DNA of 64,000 bases, from assembly GCA_964187785.1 (NCBI GenBank), contig OZ076409.1, forward strand, positions 29,328,001 through 29,392,000. The letters run 5' to 3'. The DNA comes from Amphiscolops sp. MND2022 (taxonomy: Eukaryota). Shown piece by piece: positions 25,031 through 37,830 of this stretch (positions are counted from its first letter, which is position 1; each line of letters starts with the position of its first letter). The position numbers were made by a program, and so were the translations under genes. The notes under the pieces were generated by a model. It had not been told where the DNA came from. It did not search any database and was given only the letters and a program-made list of their open reading frames with translations.

Positions 25031-25576
25031 ATTTTGTTTCCACTCCAAGACCGATAGAGATTTTGCGGTGAGTTGATTCTTTCGATATCTTCGATATCAC
25101 CTCCATCCTCACGGATACAAACCTAAACCTTGCTGAAACCCTTGTTTATCGTTTTCCTGTGCTAGATGTCACCCAATATACACCGTAATATTCTCCGCTA
25201 TTTTCGATGTTATCATATTATTCATTCTATTATTCGTGGATGTGAAATTGTATTTGTGTCTATTAATCGACCTATTTATTTGGTGCGTTTTAACTAAAGT
25301 TCAACCTGCTTCTTTTCATCAGCGAAAAGATACAATAAAAACAGCTCAAGAGTAGCGAGACGAACCCCCTGAAAGACGGTAAAAAACAAAATTGCGAAGA
25401 TCGTGATTTCCTTGTCACTCTTACCCCCACCGCCTTCGATTAAGTTGATTCGTCTCTTCTTCGGAGTTAATAAAAATTTATGTAGATACTCAGCCAGTCC
25501 TTGTCTCGTGCTTGGTACCTACGGGTTTAATTGAGTTGTAGTGGAGCTATTCTCACAAATAGTTAAAGCTACTGGA

Positions 25577-25777
25577 AATACCAAAAATCTTACAAAATAT
25601 TTTTCCAAAACAATGAAAGTCATTGAGATTTAAAAGTTATAGTTGATATCATTTTTTGATTCAGTGTATTGACATACTATGTCAATACACTGAATCAAAA
25701 AACGATATCAACTATAACTTTCAAATCTCAATAACTTTCATTGTTTTGGCAAAATATTTTGTAAGATTTTTGGTATT
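25577..25777. repeat. Palindrome with ~100-bp arms and 1-nt centre at 25677
   Basis: aataccaaaaatcttacaaaatat...gtattgacata-c-tatgtcaatac...atattttgtaagatttttggtatt, with few mismatches. Confidence 0.92.
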
Positions 25778-25840
25778 GAAATTATTTCCAACACAATCAA
25801 TAATATAGTATATTATTGATTGTGTTGGAAATAATTTCAA
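25776..25840. repeat. Perfect palindrome, 32-bp arms, 1-nt centre at 25808
   Basis: ttgaaattatttccaacacaatcaataatata-g-tatattattgattgtgttggaaataatttcaa. Confidence 0.92.
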
Positions 25841-26492
25841 GTATTCATTTTTTCCATCGTAAGTGAAAATTATTCGTGAGACAATTTTATTGCACGTCAA
25901 TATGGCACACACCTGATGAAATTTACCATACGCAACATGTGTATTACACGTATTGTGTGTAACAATTAAAAATGCGTCACCACTAAGATTAATTTATGAA
26001 CTGAAAGTTTTTGCATATTCATGTTTCTGAAAATCAAGAATCGTGAAAAAGAATTTTAATGGTAAGTTATTACTTTTTAACTACAAATTGACGATAGAAG
26101 TAATGCACTGCTGGATCTGAGAAAAAAGAATGCAACGAAAATTGTTCACATTCTGTTTAAACGTTTGCTACGACGAAATGAATAGTGCGTTTCAATGGTC
26201 TGTATGTACACTATACATCTACAGGAAATGTATATTTGCTTTCTAAGCGTGGACGAAATACACATGAGGAAAAATTCAGCTCATTAAAAAGCGTATTTAA
26301 GCTTTCTGGTATGACAAATACCATTTTGGTTAATACTGTGACAAAAACTTCAGTTGCGGAATTGTGTAGTACAATACTGTGATTAAGAAAACGTCCCGGG
26401 GAGAAGTTAGACTCGATTTTCTCGAAATTGGTTGAGAATTGAGATAAGCATCAGAAATAAAAATTTCTTAGAATTTCCTCTAGTTTATATTA

Positions 26493-26900
26493 CCCTAGTT
26501 GGAACTGCTTGAAGTTTTTACATGTTTTTGTAGGTTACCAAGCTAATTTTCTATGATTTTATAAACTTCTAATAGAAGCGTCCATGCATTAAATTCTCAC
26601 TGATTCAACCTAGTTTTATCAAGCTGCCTATAAGATGCATCCTAAATTTGGCGCCAGTTCTGCGCCGCAAAGTTTTGCAGGTTTCATTTAGACACCGTTC
26701 TAATTTTGAAAGCAGCTGAGACCTTCGTCAATTTTACCGAGATTGTAATGCAAATAAACTTCAGTTACAAAATAAGTTTCAAAGTAGCGTCACATTCAGC
26801 GTGCTATTTGACTAACGTTGGTTACATAAGGTACTTACTTGAAAAATTTACGCGCGAAAACAATGCAGCATGTAAATAGTTCGCGCAAACTCGACTAGGG
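26493..26900 (+). mobile_element. CCCTAGT MITE family copy with both ends and TA flanks
   Basis: TA|CCCTAGTT...CGACTAGGG|TA. Confidence 0.85.
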
Positions 26901-28039
26901 TAGTGTTTCTAAAATTTTTCTAGGACAAAAACTGAGAAAAATTCAAATAGCTGACTTTGAGCCAAATTACGACTTTTTGCTGTTTTTCCAATTTTGACCA
27001 TTCTATCCACAGTTTTCAGGCACGTTTTATACTCAATTAACTCCCGCAAATCTACTGAATCCATGAATGTAATTTGATTCCAAAAATTATCAATCGTTTT
27101 CGAAATATGATGCTGGAAAGGTAAAATTTCGTCGATTTACATGTATTAAGATAGGAAATTAACGTTTAGTGGAGAAAAAGTGCGATTGTTTTTCCATTTG
27201 GAAAGTTTTGGAAACAAAAAATAAATCATTGAATTCTAGAAAATTTAGAATTTTTATTAATCCTGCGATAGCATGAATATTATTGAAACCACAAGATTTC
27301 CAGTTTTTGTTCAGTAAAATTTTTGTTGTGATACTGAAAAATTCTTAAATTTTATTCTGCAGTGAGTATAAGCGTGACATTTGAATTTCTCGAGCTGCCG
27401 ACAACAATTCGGTTCTCTGGCGATGGAAGGAGCGAGTGGTATTTATGCTTTAGTACAGCGAGTTACTGAGATGAAGCGAACGAGTGTTAATTATTCGTGC
27501 GCCGAGTTAATGAAATGAAGCGAATGCGTGTTATTTATTTGTTCGGCGAGAGCTTTGCCTGCATTCAAATGTGATTGTGAAACTTCGTCTACGCTTAGTT
27601 GTTGTGTTTGGTTTAGTCCGAGAAGGATTAAAGTCGGTGTAAAATTGCAGTAATTATTTGTGCGCTATATAAATGTTTATGATATGCTTCTATTTTTAAT
27701 GAAAAGTAAAGCAGAAATAAGAGTGTACTGCGGAGGGGCCTATTTTGTTGAATTGTAGCGAAAGCTAATACTAGGTTATTAAAAAAAGTAACGCACAAAA
27801 GTATCGGAGACCAAAAAAGTTTTGAAAAACTTCAAAAAATTGGGCTTTTTTCAATTTTTTCCTTATGCGGGTACTGTAGAAGAGACTACTTGACGCTCTG
27901 AAGTCCTTTTGCTATTTTTGAGCCTCAGATATGGCTTGTTCAATTTTGGTCGGCGCTTTTCGTTGACTTTTCTTTTTTAAGACCATCGAAGTGGCTGATT
28001 TTATAAGCTTTATAAGCTGGTTTCACTACTGTCACACTA

Positions 28040-28407
28040 ATGTAACTTCTACTTCCACATGGCATAGAGGTTAGTCAGGATATTTTGAGGTCTGCCAGGC
28101 AGAAGGACGTGGGTTCGAGTCTCAACCTTGACCAAAATTTTTTGTGCATGTTATTTCGGCTTTGTGAGATATTTTTTAAATGTCTGTAAAAGGTCCCCGC
28201 AATTTTTTTTATTTTTCTAGAGAATGGATGTTCAAAAAATTCCAAAGGGCCCCCTTTCTCATTTTTCGGCACTATGCGACTCAGCGGAGACTTGAAAAAA
28301 ATTCTTTCCTCATGCGGGTACTGTAGAAGAGAATACTTGACACTTTGAAGTCTTTTGCATTTTTGAGCCTTAGGTATTGCGCCGACTTGGGCCGTTCCCG
28401 GCTTGTT
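28040..28407 (+). repeat. Interspersed repeat with tRNA-like A/B boxes
   Basis: tggcatagaggttag (A-box-like) and gggttcgagtc (B-box); 3' end ttttgagcctta...ccgttcccggcttgtt is shared with ~27860-27940 and ~30780-31292. Confidence 0.55.
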
Positions 28408-28942
28408 TTTTTCGAAATGGAGTTCTCATTTCTCATTACGAATGTTTTAAAGATGTGAGTAAGGTTTTTAGCTTCGACGAAAAACTCAAACGTGAGCTCT
28501 CGAAATTCCAAATGTTAGTCAACAAACGTTTCATAACAACGAAACACTGCATTCCAGGGCGCCAATCGATCAAGTTAACAGTTTTCCTCCGAGCATCTAT
28601 AAAACTTTAGTAATGAGAACTACATTTTGGAAGAACGACAGAAAAAATGACAATTTCAGTGCCATTTTTCACAAAGGTTACGATTTTGCGAAGTGAAACT
28701 TTTTTTCCGTTTTTTTGGTTCACCTAGTGTTTGTTTTCGCATCAATTTAATATCAATAAACAAAACAAAGAAATGCTTTTGGAAACAATGTATGAGTTTA
28801 AATTAAGCTGTCACTTCGGGAAGCTGTCACAATTGTGTCCGGAAATCAAGACCAAATTTTGCCAAAAATGTCGCACAATGTAGGAAAAATCCAAGAAGGA
28901 AGCTTTTGACGCCGTCAAGGTTTGCAAAGCAAAAAGTTTAAT

Positions 28943-29012
28943 CCCTTGCGGGATTTGAACTCAAGGCCGTCCTGCTCGGGAAGCGCACATCCGCACCACT
29001 AGGCCAAGTGGC
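28943..29012 (-). pseudogene. tRNA-derived segment (tRNA-Gly-like pseudogene or SINE head)
   Basis: Minus strand reads gccacttggcctagtggtgcggatgtgcgcttcccgagcaggacggccttgagttcaaatcccgcaaggg: D-arm TGGCCTAGTGG and T-loop GTTCAAATC, but imperfect stems. Confidence 0.5.
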
Positions 29013-30779
29013 GAGATGGAAATGTCCTTTCAAAATGTCCGCTCAAAAAAAAACGTATACAAAAAGCGTCGATAAAAATAGGAGTGCCACTTGACCTGGT
29101 GTAAAGTTCGTACCATCAAAATACGAAGTGAAAAAAATGGTGTTTTTGAGAATAACTGTGAAAGTATTCAAAAGACCTTGCTCGTTTTTTTCTCTATTTG
29201 AAAGGTTTCGAATTTAGTTCTGTTATTCGAATTTCATGTAGAGGATACTTTCACTTTTTATGGTTTGCTTTGTTAATTATCAAGGATGAAACAATATGCG
29301 AAGGTGTAAAGCCAACCCGTTCAAAACTCAAAACGCGGTGAGTCTCTTAGAAATGCTCAGGATGGCAAAATACCCAAATCCACGAAAAAAAATTCAAAAA
29401 AGTCTCACAATGCCAAAAAACTTTAAGATGGGACCCTTCAGGCCTAAAAAACGTCTCTTTAGAACCCGAGGAAAACCAAAAGGGGGCCCGTTGATGAAAT
29501 TAGAAACTTTTCGAAACAAATTTGCACATTGCCGAAAAAAAAAGATATTTAGATCTCGGCAGACATTGAACCGACGATGGCCTTTATTGGAAGCGCGCAT
29601 GGCTACTGGCGACGTGAACAAACTCTAGACTCTGTTTGGAAGTGAAAGGTGGATCAGTCGCATACATTTGGTGGTCTTACCAAAAACTAGTCACTGTAAC
29701 AGTCGGACACACTTTCGTACAAAATGCGCCGACTAAAAACAATACAATTAAAACATTAGCCATTATGAAAGCCGAAAAGTTTGTCAGTAAAATTACCGAT
29801 AAGTTCTCAAAACTTCACTCGTTCGTTTTCAGTCGGAGCTTTTCTAGTAAAAAGAGCCCGACTATTACAGTGGCTAGTTTTTAGGGCGACGAGCGAAGCG
29901 AGATGCCTTATTGTTTGCGTTTTTTTTCGCCAAAACGTGACATCCCTCTGCATTAGTAGAAGTTGTGGCTATTTTTATCCAAACCAATTTCTCAGAGACA
30001 ATTCAAAATTTTGAAAACAGAACCGCAACTGAATGCCCTTTCTGGCCATGTGAGAAGGTTCCAAATTTTTTCCACCTGGGCGTTTTTATTAGCTTCGAAA
30101 ACACGATTTTTGCGACAATTTTTAGGGTTTTTTTTCAGATTTTGCGTAATTTTACAACTTGAATCATATCGAACCGTCTCAAAAATAGGTACCAACTGAC
30201 GCAAGAGGATATCTTCTCTAAGGTCGTGAAAGTATCATTATCCTACCATCATTGGTCGTTGAGAAAATGGCAAATAAAAATCGGAAAATGTTTGGGTTTT
30301 TTTGCGGAAAAAAGTGTATTTTGACTTACCCCATGCAATTGGGAGTGCTTAGCGCAATTCCGTAGAACCCATTACTCCCGGGCACTCTCGGAGATTTTCC
30401 GAGATTTTTAGGCTGATGCGATTTTTTAGGCATCGGAAACGTGAAATTTCTGATAATTTTAAAAGTTTTTGCCAATTTTGCCTATTTTCGGTTGATAACC
30501 ACATCAAACCGGCCAAACATAGACGTCAGCTGACGTATGCGGACCCCTCATTTCAGTGGCTGAAAGTTTTATGGGCGTTGAAAAACGGCGAATAAAATTG
30601 GAGTTTTTGGGTGTTTTTGCGTATTTTGACATTCCTATTTGTATATGCATGGGCATAATACAACAATACACGAGCTGGAAGCTAATTTTCCTTGCTGAAG
30701 AATTTGAAGCCTCGACGAGATCGTCTGCTCGGAGCCGTCTTGCAATGACAGTTGCGCTTGTTTTTTCTTTTTTTGTCAG

Positions 30780-31292
30780 ACCACAGACCTCAATGTGTAT
30801 GTGCCACTTTTTAGTCCAGATTTTACTCGGTTTACGGTGAACCCAGCGGTCACGGGTTCGAGTCCTTGCTTTAGCCAGAAACTTTTTCTAGCATTTGCGA
30901 AAGCGGATGAGACTGAAGGGCCCTCTTCCAACTTGTTTCGGCACTGTGCTACTTTTCTCTAATTTTTTTTTGCCTTCAAAGGCTCCCACTTTCAAGTTTT
31001 TAGATATTTTGCAGCAAAAAACAAAATTGCCAAAAAGCCCAATGGGTATCCCCTTTTAAGTATTTCGGCACTATGAGACTGTTCGAATTTCTCAATTTTC
31101 GTTTTGTTTAGAAAATTCAAAAAAACTCGAAACTTAAATAAAGTTTCTAATTTTTTTTGTCTCCAAACGGTCCCCTGAATTTTCAAACTGGATTTTCAAA
31201 AAGCCCGAAGGGTCCTCCTTTTTACAGATTTAAAACTTTTGCGCTTTTTTAGCCTTAGAAATAGCGCCCACTATAGATGTTCCCGTCTTGTT
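30780..31292 (+). repeat. Another copy of the B-box-containing interspersed repeat
   Basis: cacgggttcgagtcc, tttcggcactatgagact and agcctta...gttcccgtcttgtt are shared with 28040-28407. Confidence 0.55.
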
Positions 31293-31849
31293 AAAGTCTA
31301 CTGGTTATAATGGGACACTTGTTACTTTACTTGCTTTGTACGATAATTCCATGCCACGAGTCTCTCTCAAAATGTTTTCTTTGAAACCTTGATCAGCTGT
31401 GAGAACGAAGACGCTGGTGAAGACAGATACGTCTCTCACGTTTGTTTAAAATACACTATGGTACCAAAAATGGAAAAACTGTTGTTATCAATGGCTAAAA
31501 CTTTGAAAGCGCAAACTTTGTTTTGGAGGATATGCATTCGGCAGAAAAGTCGCAGTTGCAAAACTTTCTCAAATTACAATTGTATTTTTGTTGCGAAATC
31601 GAATGAACGTTCAATAGGTTATCTCAAAAACTCTTTCGGAAAGTTAGTATTTTTTAAAATTTTATTACGCATAATCTCAAAAACGACTTCTCAGAAGAAT
31701 AGACTGTAGCTGTCCATTTTTTGTAGCTGTGAAAGACACCTCTTTGCTTCGTTGAGGTAGAAAGAGTTTTTTATTATCTATCTCATTTGCCCAACATTGT
31801 TCCTTTTTGGAAATGAGCTGTGGGCTTGATATATACATATACAATTCAG

Positions 31850-32062
31850 ATCTATCGAACTGTTTTAGAAAGCAGTGGGTTCCTTCTGTATTCTGCTAGT
31901 GTCGAACTTGCTGTGGCGTTAACCTCAATTATGATGGACCTCAAGTTTGGGCTCGGCGAGCTCCGCAAAACCCAACCATGTCTGAACTACTGTGTAGAAG
32001 TGTACATGCAAGACGACCCTGCAAATCACAACTGTATCGAATCAGTTTCATATATCCCATAG
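31850..32062 (+). CDS. Candidate terminal coding exon of an unidentified host gene
   Basis: ttcag acceptor ending at 31849; open frame IYRTVLESSGFLLYSASVELAVALTSIMMDLKF...CIESVSYIP*; AATAAA downstream at ~32167 and ~32207. Confidence 0.35.
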   Translation: MYRTVLESSGFLLYSASVELAVALTSIMMDLKFGLGELRKTQPCLNYCVEVYMQDDPANHNCIESVSYIP

Positions 32063-34684
32063 CCTTATTCGATAGAAATTGATGTTTTATCAGTTGGTAA
32101 ATTAGTACTATTATTGAAAATGATCATTATATGTACAAAATCAATTACAACTTTGTAAAATATCCTAATAAAAGTAAATTTTGCTGACAATCTGTAATCA
32201 TACTTATAATAAACTTATTCGCTGTGAAATCGTTTTTAACTTTTATATTTACCCTTTTTTCTGACAATGCTTTCTTGGAAAACGAATAACCAAGCGTTTT
32301 GAATCGCATCATCGAAATTTTGTTTTCAACAGGTTTACGTTACATCCTCCCCGGGCCGTAGTTTGTCGTCCGCGGGAAACGAGAGAGGATGCAAAAAACA
32401 TTGCCAGTGGGTTTTAGCAACGTCATTACAGCTTGTAGCTTTCTTTGATTCGAACAAAAAAATCAAGTTAAATTATTAGCATCCGTTCGTTCAAAAATCA
32501 CGTCGTTCATTTTTTAGATGGTTCTCTTGAGCACAGGTATATGACTTTTTTGAAGTAAAATCAAATTTGATAAAAAATGTTAATTTTCATTCATTTCAGT
32601 TCTGGTTAAAAGATATTCGTTGCAGTGGTACCTCGCGCGGCACTAACAAGAAACTACCAAAACGTGGTAAGAATTTTTAATTTTCGAATTCGAGCAGGCA
32701 TGCACCAAATTGGGACCTACGTGCCAGGTAGTATTTACATCAAAGAATAATTGTGTATCAAAGTGTTCTACAACTAAAACAAAAATAGCACCAAAAACGA
32801 ATTTACATTGTTCCATAACACCAGGACGAAAACTGCACTTAGTAAGGCACTAGTTTTAAGCTTCTTGGGTGTTTTAGTTTAATCTGTAGCTGATAATTTC
32901 ATTTATTCTACTGATTCAGTACCCTGTGGGTTCTGAGAGGTATCCGTTGTCGCCTGTGGCTGAGGGTCCAAACCTTGAATCGCCACTTCTGAGGGAGTGA
33001 GTTCAATTGCCCCGTACTTGGGAGGTCATTGAGCTCCAAGTCTATGGCTGCTGGCTCCATTTGCGAAAATTCTCCTGCAAGTTCATCCCTCAAGGGCGTA
33101 GCATTACCTGATGAGGCGAAGTTGTCACTGACCGCTGACTCATCAAGGAACCTCTTCAGTCATCTCCACATTGGCAGCTACCTGAACCTGCGTCGAATCT
33201 TTTTGGCTTCAGTCTACGACTGATGGGTAGGAACTGCCAGTGGCAGCTATTTCTATCTCATTGGTTTCGTTGGTTATACTTTCAAGTGACACTTCGGGCA
33301 GGTTATTAGCAAGTTGCTGGTCTTCATACTGCACAAACCAATTTTTGTATGCCTTATTTGCTTCGGCGTAGCCCTCGCCAGCTGGATTTCCGCGCTCTGG
33401 CTATCAACCTAAAAAATCCAGAAAGATTTGCAGAGCCATTTTGGGATTGCTATGGATATCTCTGTTCACGGGCAAGGTTCGAACCGTACGGTCTCGTGCT
33501 ACGAAACGCATAGCTGTTTTCAGTTTCTGATACTGCTGATGAATGGCTTGACCTACTAGTTTTGGCTTTGTCCAGTAGGTGGTTTTTCTCAATATGGTGG
33601 TAGTATTGACACGCGCAGTACATCCTTGATATGTCGCATGTATAAGGATAATGCAGCCCACTGGGCGCCTCTCCACGCATTCTGTCCTCTAATCGCTGCT
33701 GTTAGAATTCGCAGGATCACAGTTACATGTCATTCAGGGAAATTGATTACTGCGCCTGTTCTGGGTACGAGAGGAATATGCTACCACCAGACTGGATGAA
33801 GTTCTAAGGGCATGGGTAGAGCGCACCGCAATTATGTTCAACTTGCTGTCTGTCTTTATTAACTGTAAACGCCATTGTAGGCCACAAGTAAGCGAAGTTG
33901 CGAACAATGGCCTGGTAAGTAGGTGGTCGTCTTGAGTTTGCAGAACTTACAAAATGCAAGACTGAGAATATGGGGGCATTGGCAGCAACCTTCAAAGGTT
34001 GTGTGGGGTATCTGAGAGCCATCACGGCACCAAATAAGGTTCAAACTAATGGAGCAAGAAGCGGGAACAGGTCCTCCACCTCCAATAGACTGAGACTAGC
34101 CACCACGGGAGAACAAGAAGACTGGGAATTCTGTTGCCTCGCGTCGTATCCCCGGAGGATCATCCAATTGATGCATTATTCCCGAAACATTGACCCATGT
34201 GGAATAAATCCACACGAGCAGGGCTTCTACTTTGTTGTCTTGCACAATTTTCAATTGCAGGGATTCCGCAGTGTCCATGGTGTTGATCAGTGCATATAGC
34301 CACTTTCTCTGATTCCTTGCAAACACCAAAAAGCTGAAAAACACGTGTTGGTCTTATTTGAAACAATTCTCGTGATCAGCTGAGTTGGGCCTTGGTTCAC
34401 GGCACTGAGGCCTGCTGACATCAAGTATGCCAAAACTTCACTCACGGTGACCTCTCTCTATAGCTTCTTGGTACATTTGCCTCTGTTGGTCGTCCATTTT
34501 CCTTCTTCTTGAGCCAAGTTCGGAAACCAAAACGGGGAGCTATTATATAAGAAAATCGGAAACGGTATGTTGTGTCTCATTGCGGCCTGAGCCAGTGGAT
34601 GTTCCAATGGTAGATGTCATGTGTAGTTTGTCTGTCTCGGAGCTTCCGAATTTCTGCGTAGAACGTCTTGTGCCATTATAGCCA

Positions 34685-37013
34685 CTAACGCCAATCTGTG
34701 TCTGCTTGTGCATCAATTGTTGGTGCAGCCGTAGGAAAAACGGTCTTGTTTAACCTGTTTTGTCGTATTCCTTCGGTTTTCCCGAAATAGGAAACTAGCT
34801 CTTTGTGGAATTGAAGCTCGTGAGTCTTTTCGTCCAGCGTAGAATCGTCTCTTCGTTCGTACCAGATGTTGTCCCGCATATTCTTTTTCTCGGCTTAAGT
34901 TGTATCACTGACGTGGCGAACTCCATTCTCATCAAAAGATCTGTGAGCCATTTGCCTTCCAAAGTCAATTGCCGTAGCTTTATCGACGAGCATTTGGGAG
35001 TTGCCCTTGTATCCTGTGTAGGCCTGCAAGGCCTTCGATTTTTCGGCCAAGAATGTTGGATAAGATGTTTTGCAGGAACGCCACAAATTTGCGCTAATCC
35101 TGAGGTTTGGAGCCACTATGTGAAAGCATAGGTCGCGTGCAAAAGCTGCCTCTAGTACTAGGTGCAGGAACCGTTGCAGGGGCCCGTGCAAGTGAATTTT
35201 CCGAGTGGAGATACAAAAAAAGACTCTAGCTATTGCTCTCGTGTTCTTGACGGAACGTTCTACATTCTTCATGGCTTCGATATATGCTGATACTTCATCT
35301 GTTGTAAAACTTTCAGTTAGTCTTGTGTGTCCAGTCTCAAAATACATCCATGTGCCCCGCAGTGCGAGGTGGTCTATCACATTGCAGCAGACTAGGAAAG
35401 GGTGGAGTTTGATGGTCTCGTCTGCTGCAGGACCGAAAATCTTTTACGTCACTTAAGTCATGTCTTCCAGCGAAGAACAAGAACATCCGACGCACGTCGG
35501 TGAGAGTGTAGTTCATATTGCTGGAGGACATCATTGTTGATTCTACAAACAAAACTATCCTGGCTTTCTGTAGTACTTCTTCTTCCATAGGGAGCAGAGT
35601 AACTGGATCTCTCATGAAGTCTTTTTCGCGACGCATGCTTTTCTCATATCGGCCAGGTTGTTGCTTGCTCATCTTGAGGTGCGATGGTAATGGCTTGACG
35701 TAAGGGGAGTCACACTTTTGTAGGTCACTGCGCATCCTTTCAAACCTTGGCGGGTAACGATCCGGATGGAAAACTGCGCTTGTGACCGGGCGTAGGTACT
35801 GAGCACCAATCGTCGCTTTCGCTAGGTTCCTCACGGTATCTAGGTCTCCTCTACTTGTTACTGTCTCGAATCTCAACAAGTTTGGGTCAGTTTTCTCAGT
35901 AGTGACAGTAATCTCTCGCTGTAGACGCACTGCGTCTCTTGCTGTGATGTCTCTTTGCTGTATCTCGATGACGAAAGCAATTCCCTCGTTAACCTAACCC
36001 TTCTAGCCTCTGGCTGTAGCGTGGGTGAGGTGATCGGAGTTCGGTTTGCATTAAACTGCTCGCTTGCTCTCTTGTTGGTGTTTATTAAGGTCCTGAGGTC
36101 TATATGAGCCTTGGCTGCCTGGTTCTTAGCACGTCGCTGTTGTCGTTGGCGCTTCTTTAGTTGTGGGTCTTTTTGGTATGCTACCAATGGTTCTGGATCA
36201 CCTCTAGGACATCGTCTTTAGACGTTGATGGTGTGAACACGTGATACGAGCCTTCAAATGTCACTGTCCTAGCAGGTGGATCATTCACGGCAACTTGACG
36301 AGGTTGATAAGTATCTTGTAGATGTTCACTAATTTGGTCTGTCTTTATTTTTTTTACCTGTTTCCCCTGAAAAGCGGAAAGAAGCATGAAACTTGAGCTT
36401 GGTTGCATCGAGGGGCGAATGCCAGTGCATGCCTGTGGCATGGATGGGGTGAGTATCGGAGGTGGGAATACGGGCAACGTACAGCCAAATTGGCGCAAGT
36501 GCGAAGGTGCAGGTGTGGCCAAAATGCCCTGGTGAATAGAAGCGGGTTGGGGAAACAAGGGCGGTGGCGCAGTTAGTGGTTGCATCCTCGGATAACGTTC
36601 TTGATCCATGGGAGGCCTAGTTGGTTCGCCCTGGGTTGATTGTGATCTAGGATCGGCAATACTCTTCGTTAGATCGTAGCTGTGCCAGACTCCATCTTGG
36701 AAACTTGGGGCACGCTCGAGCGATCCAATGCCGCTGGAGACCGTAAGAATTGAATCGGGGTGGTCGTTTGCGCTTGCATTTGTGCTATGAGCATGGCAAT
36801 ACGAGCAACTAGGGTGGGTGTAGCACCAATTTTAAGGGTGTTCTGCACAAGCGCCAATGGATCGACTCTGTCATTTATTTCTGCAAGAGACGTTGTCGCA
36901 GACAAAATTTCTGGTTCAGGTAGCTGCCGACGATTGATATTCTGATCCGAAGGTGCGGGCATGCGTTGGCGGGAAGGGTTGTCCATGATGGATAGTAGCA
37001 CCGATGGTATCAT
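34685..37013 (-). pseudogene. Fragmented accessory ORF: Pro/Gln-rich N-terminus plus alpha/beta domain
   Basis: Successive minus-strand ORF pieces 36669..37013, 36181..36609, 35873..36187, 35337..35930, 34895..35380 and 34685..34879 read as one frameshifted protein. Confidence 0.55.
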
Positions 37014-37297
37014 TCTTGCGCTTGAATATGACAGTCTTTATTGGCAGCAGTGCTGCGCGTAGGGGTTGAAACAGGACTAAACAGAAAAACGGGCTGCAAT
37101 TGAGTTTAAAACATTTTTACACGTGCAGAATTGAACGAAATGGAACTAAAACAAGGTGTACGAAAACACGATAGGTGAACTCAGCTAAAGATAAACAGAC
37201 CAATTAAAGAAATTATGGATAAAAATTGGAGTTTAAAAGAGAGGCCAATGGCCTCCCAAGGAGCTCGAATTTCTTTCGAATTTCTTCCATTAGTTAC

Positions 37298-37830
37298 CTA
37301 CCATGAGTCAGTCACTGTTACTGATGCTATTGATACGTAGACGCGGTTGTGAAGCACTATTTCAACGTTTGATTCGGTAAAATGATTTCTAAGCATCGCA
37401 CACCAGGTTGGAAGTTTGTTGATCGAACGTTCAGAATCGTAAAAGGGAAGTGGACTTGTGTAAGGCACTTTTGATTGAGTTTTTGAATTCAGACCTATCA
37501 AACATAGATGTTAACCTCATGTAACATGGGATGTTTGTTAGACGCTCTTGTGAAAAGTAGGAAAATTTCGTTATTCAAAGGTTCAGTTGGTGATTTAGCG
37601 AGGGCGTTTCCTGTGACTGGACGGAGGTGCAAAGTCACCTCTTGTCCATGTTGTCAGATTATGTAGCGCGTCTTTGCCGAGTAAGATACAAGCTCCGCAG
37701 GACAACGCAAAACTAGTGTGCCAAGTGCCTGTAGTATGTCTGTGTCGGCATACGATATCCAAGGCAAGTTGTTTGGTCTAGTCTTGGGATGTGTGATCGA
37801 CCATTTACCTGTGGTGTTGCTGAGTTGTCG
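37298..37830 (-). pseudogene. Macrodomain-like remnant homologous to 54690-55200
   Basis: RPNNLPWISYADTDILQALGTLVLRCPAEL..YSA..RYI...VLHNRVYVSIAS matches RPNLVYYIVYD*TDFLQVQGHVAMCCPADL..YSAALRYI...ILHDRVYVSIAT. Confidence 0.75.

Noticed and set aside
28943..29012. Functional tRNA gene
   Set aside because: Acceptor and anticodon stems pair poorly and the sequence is embedded in an interspersed repeat.
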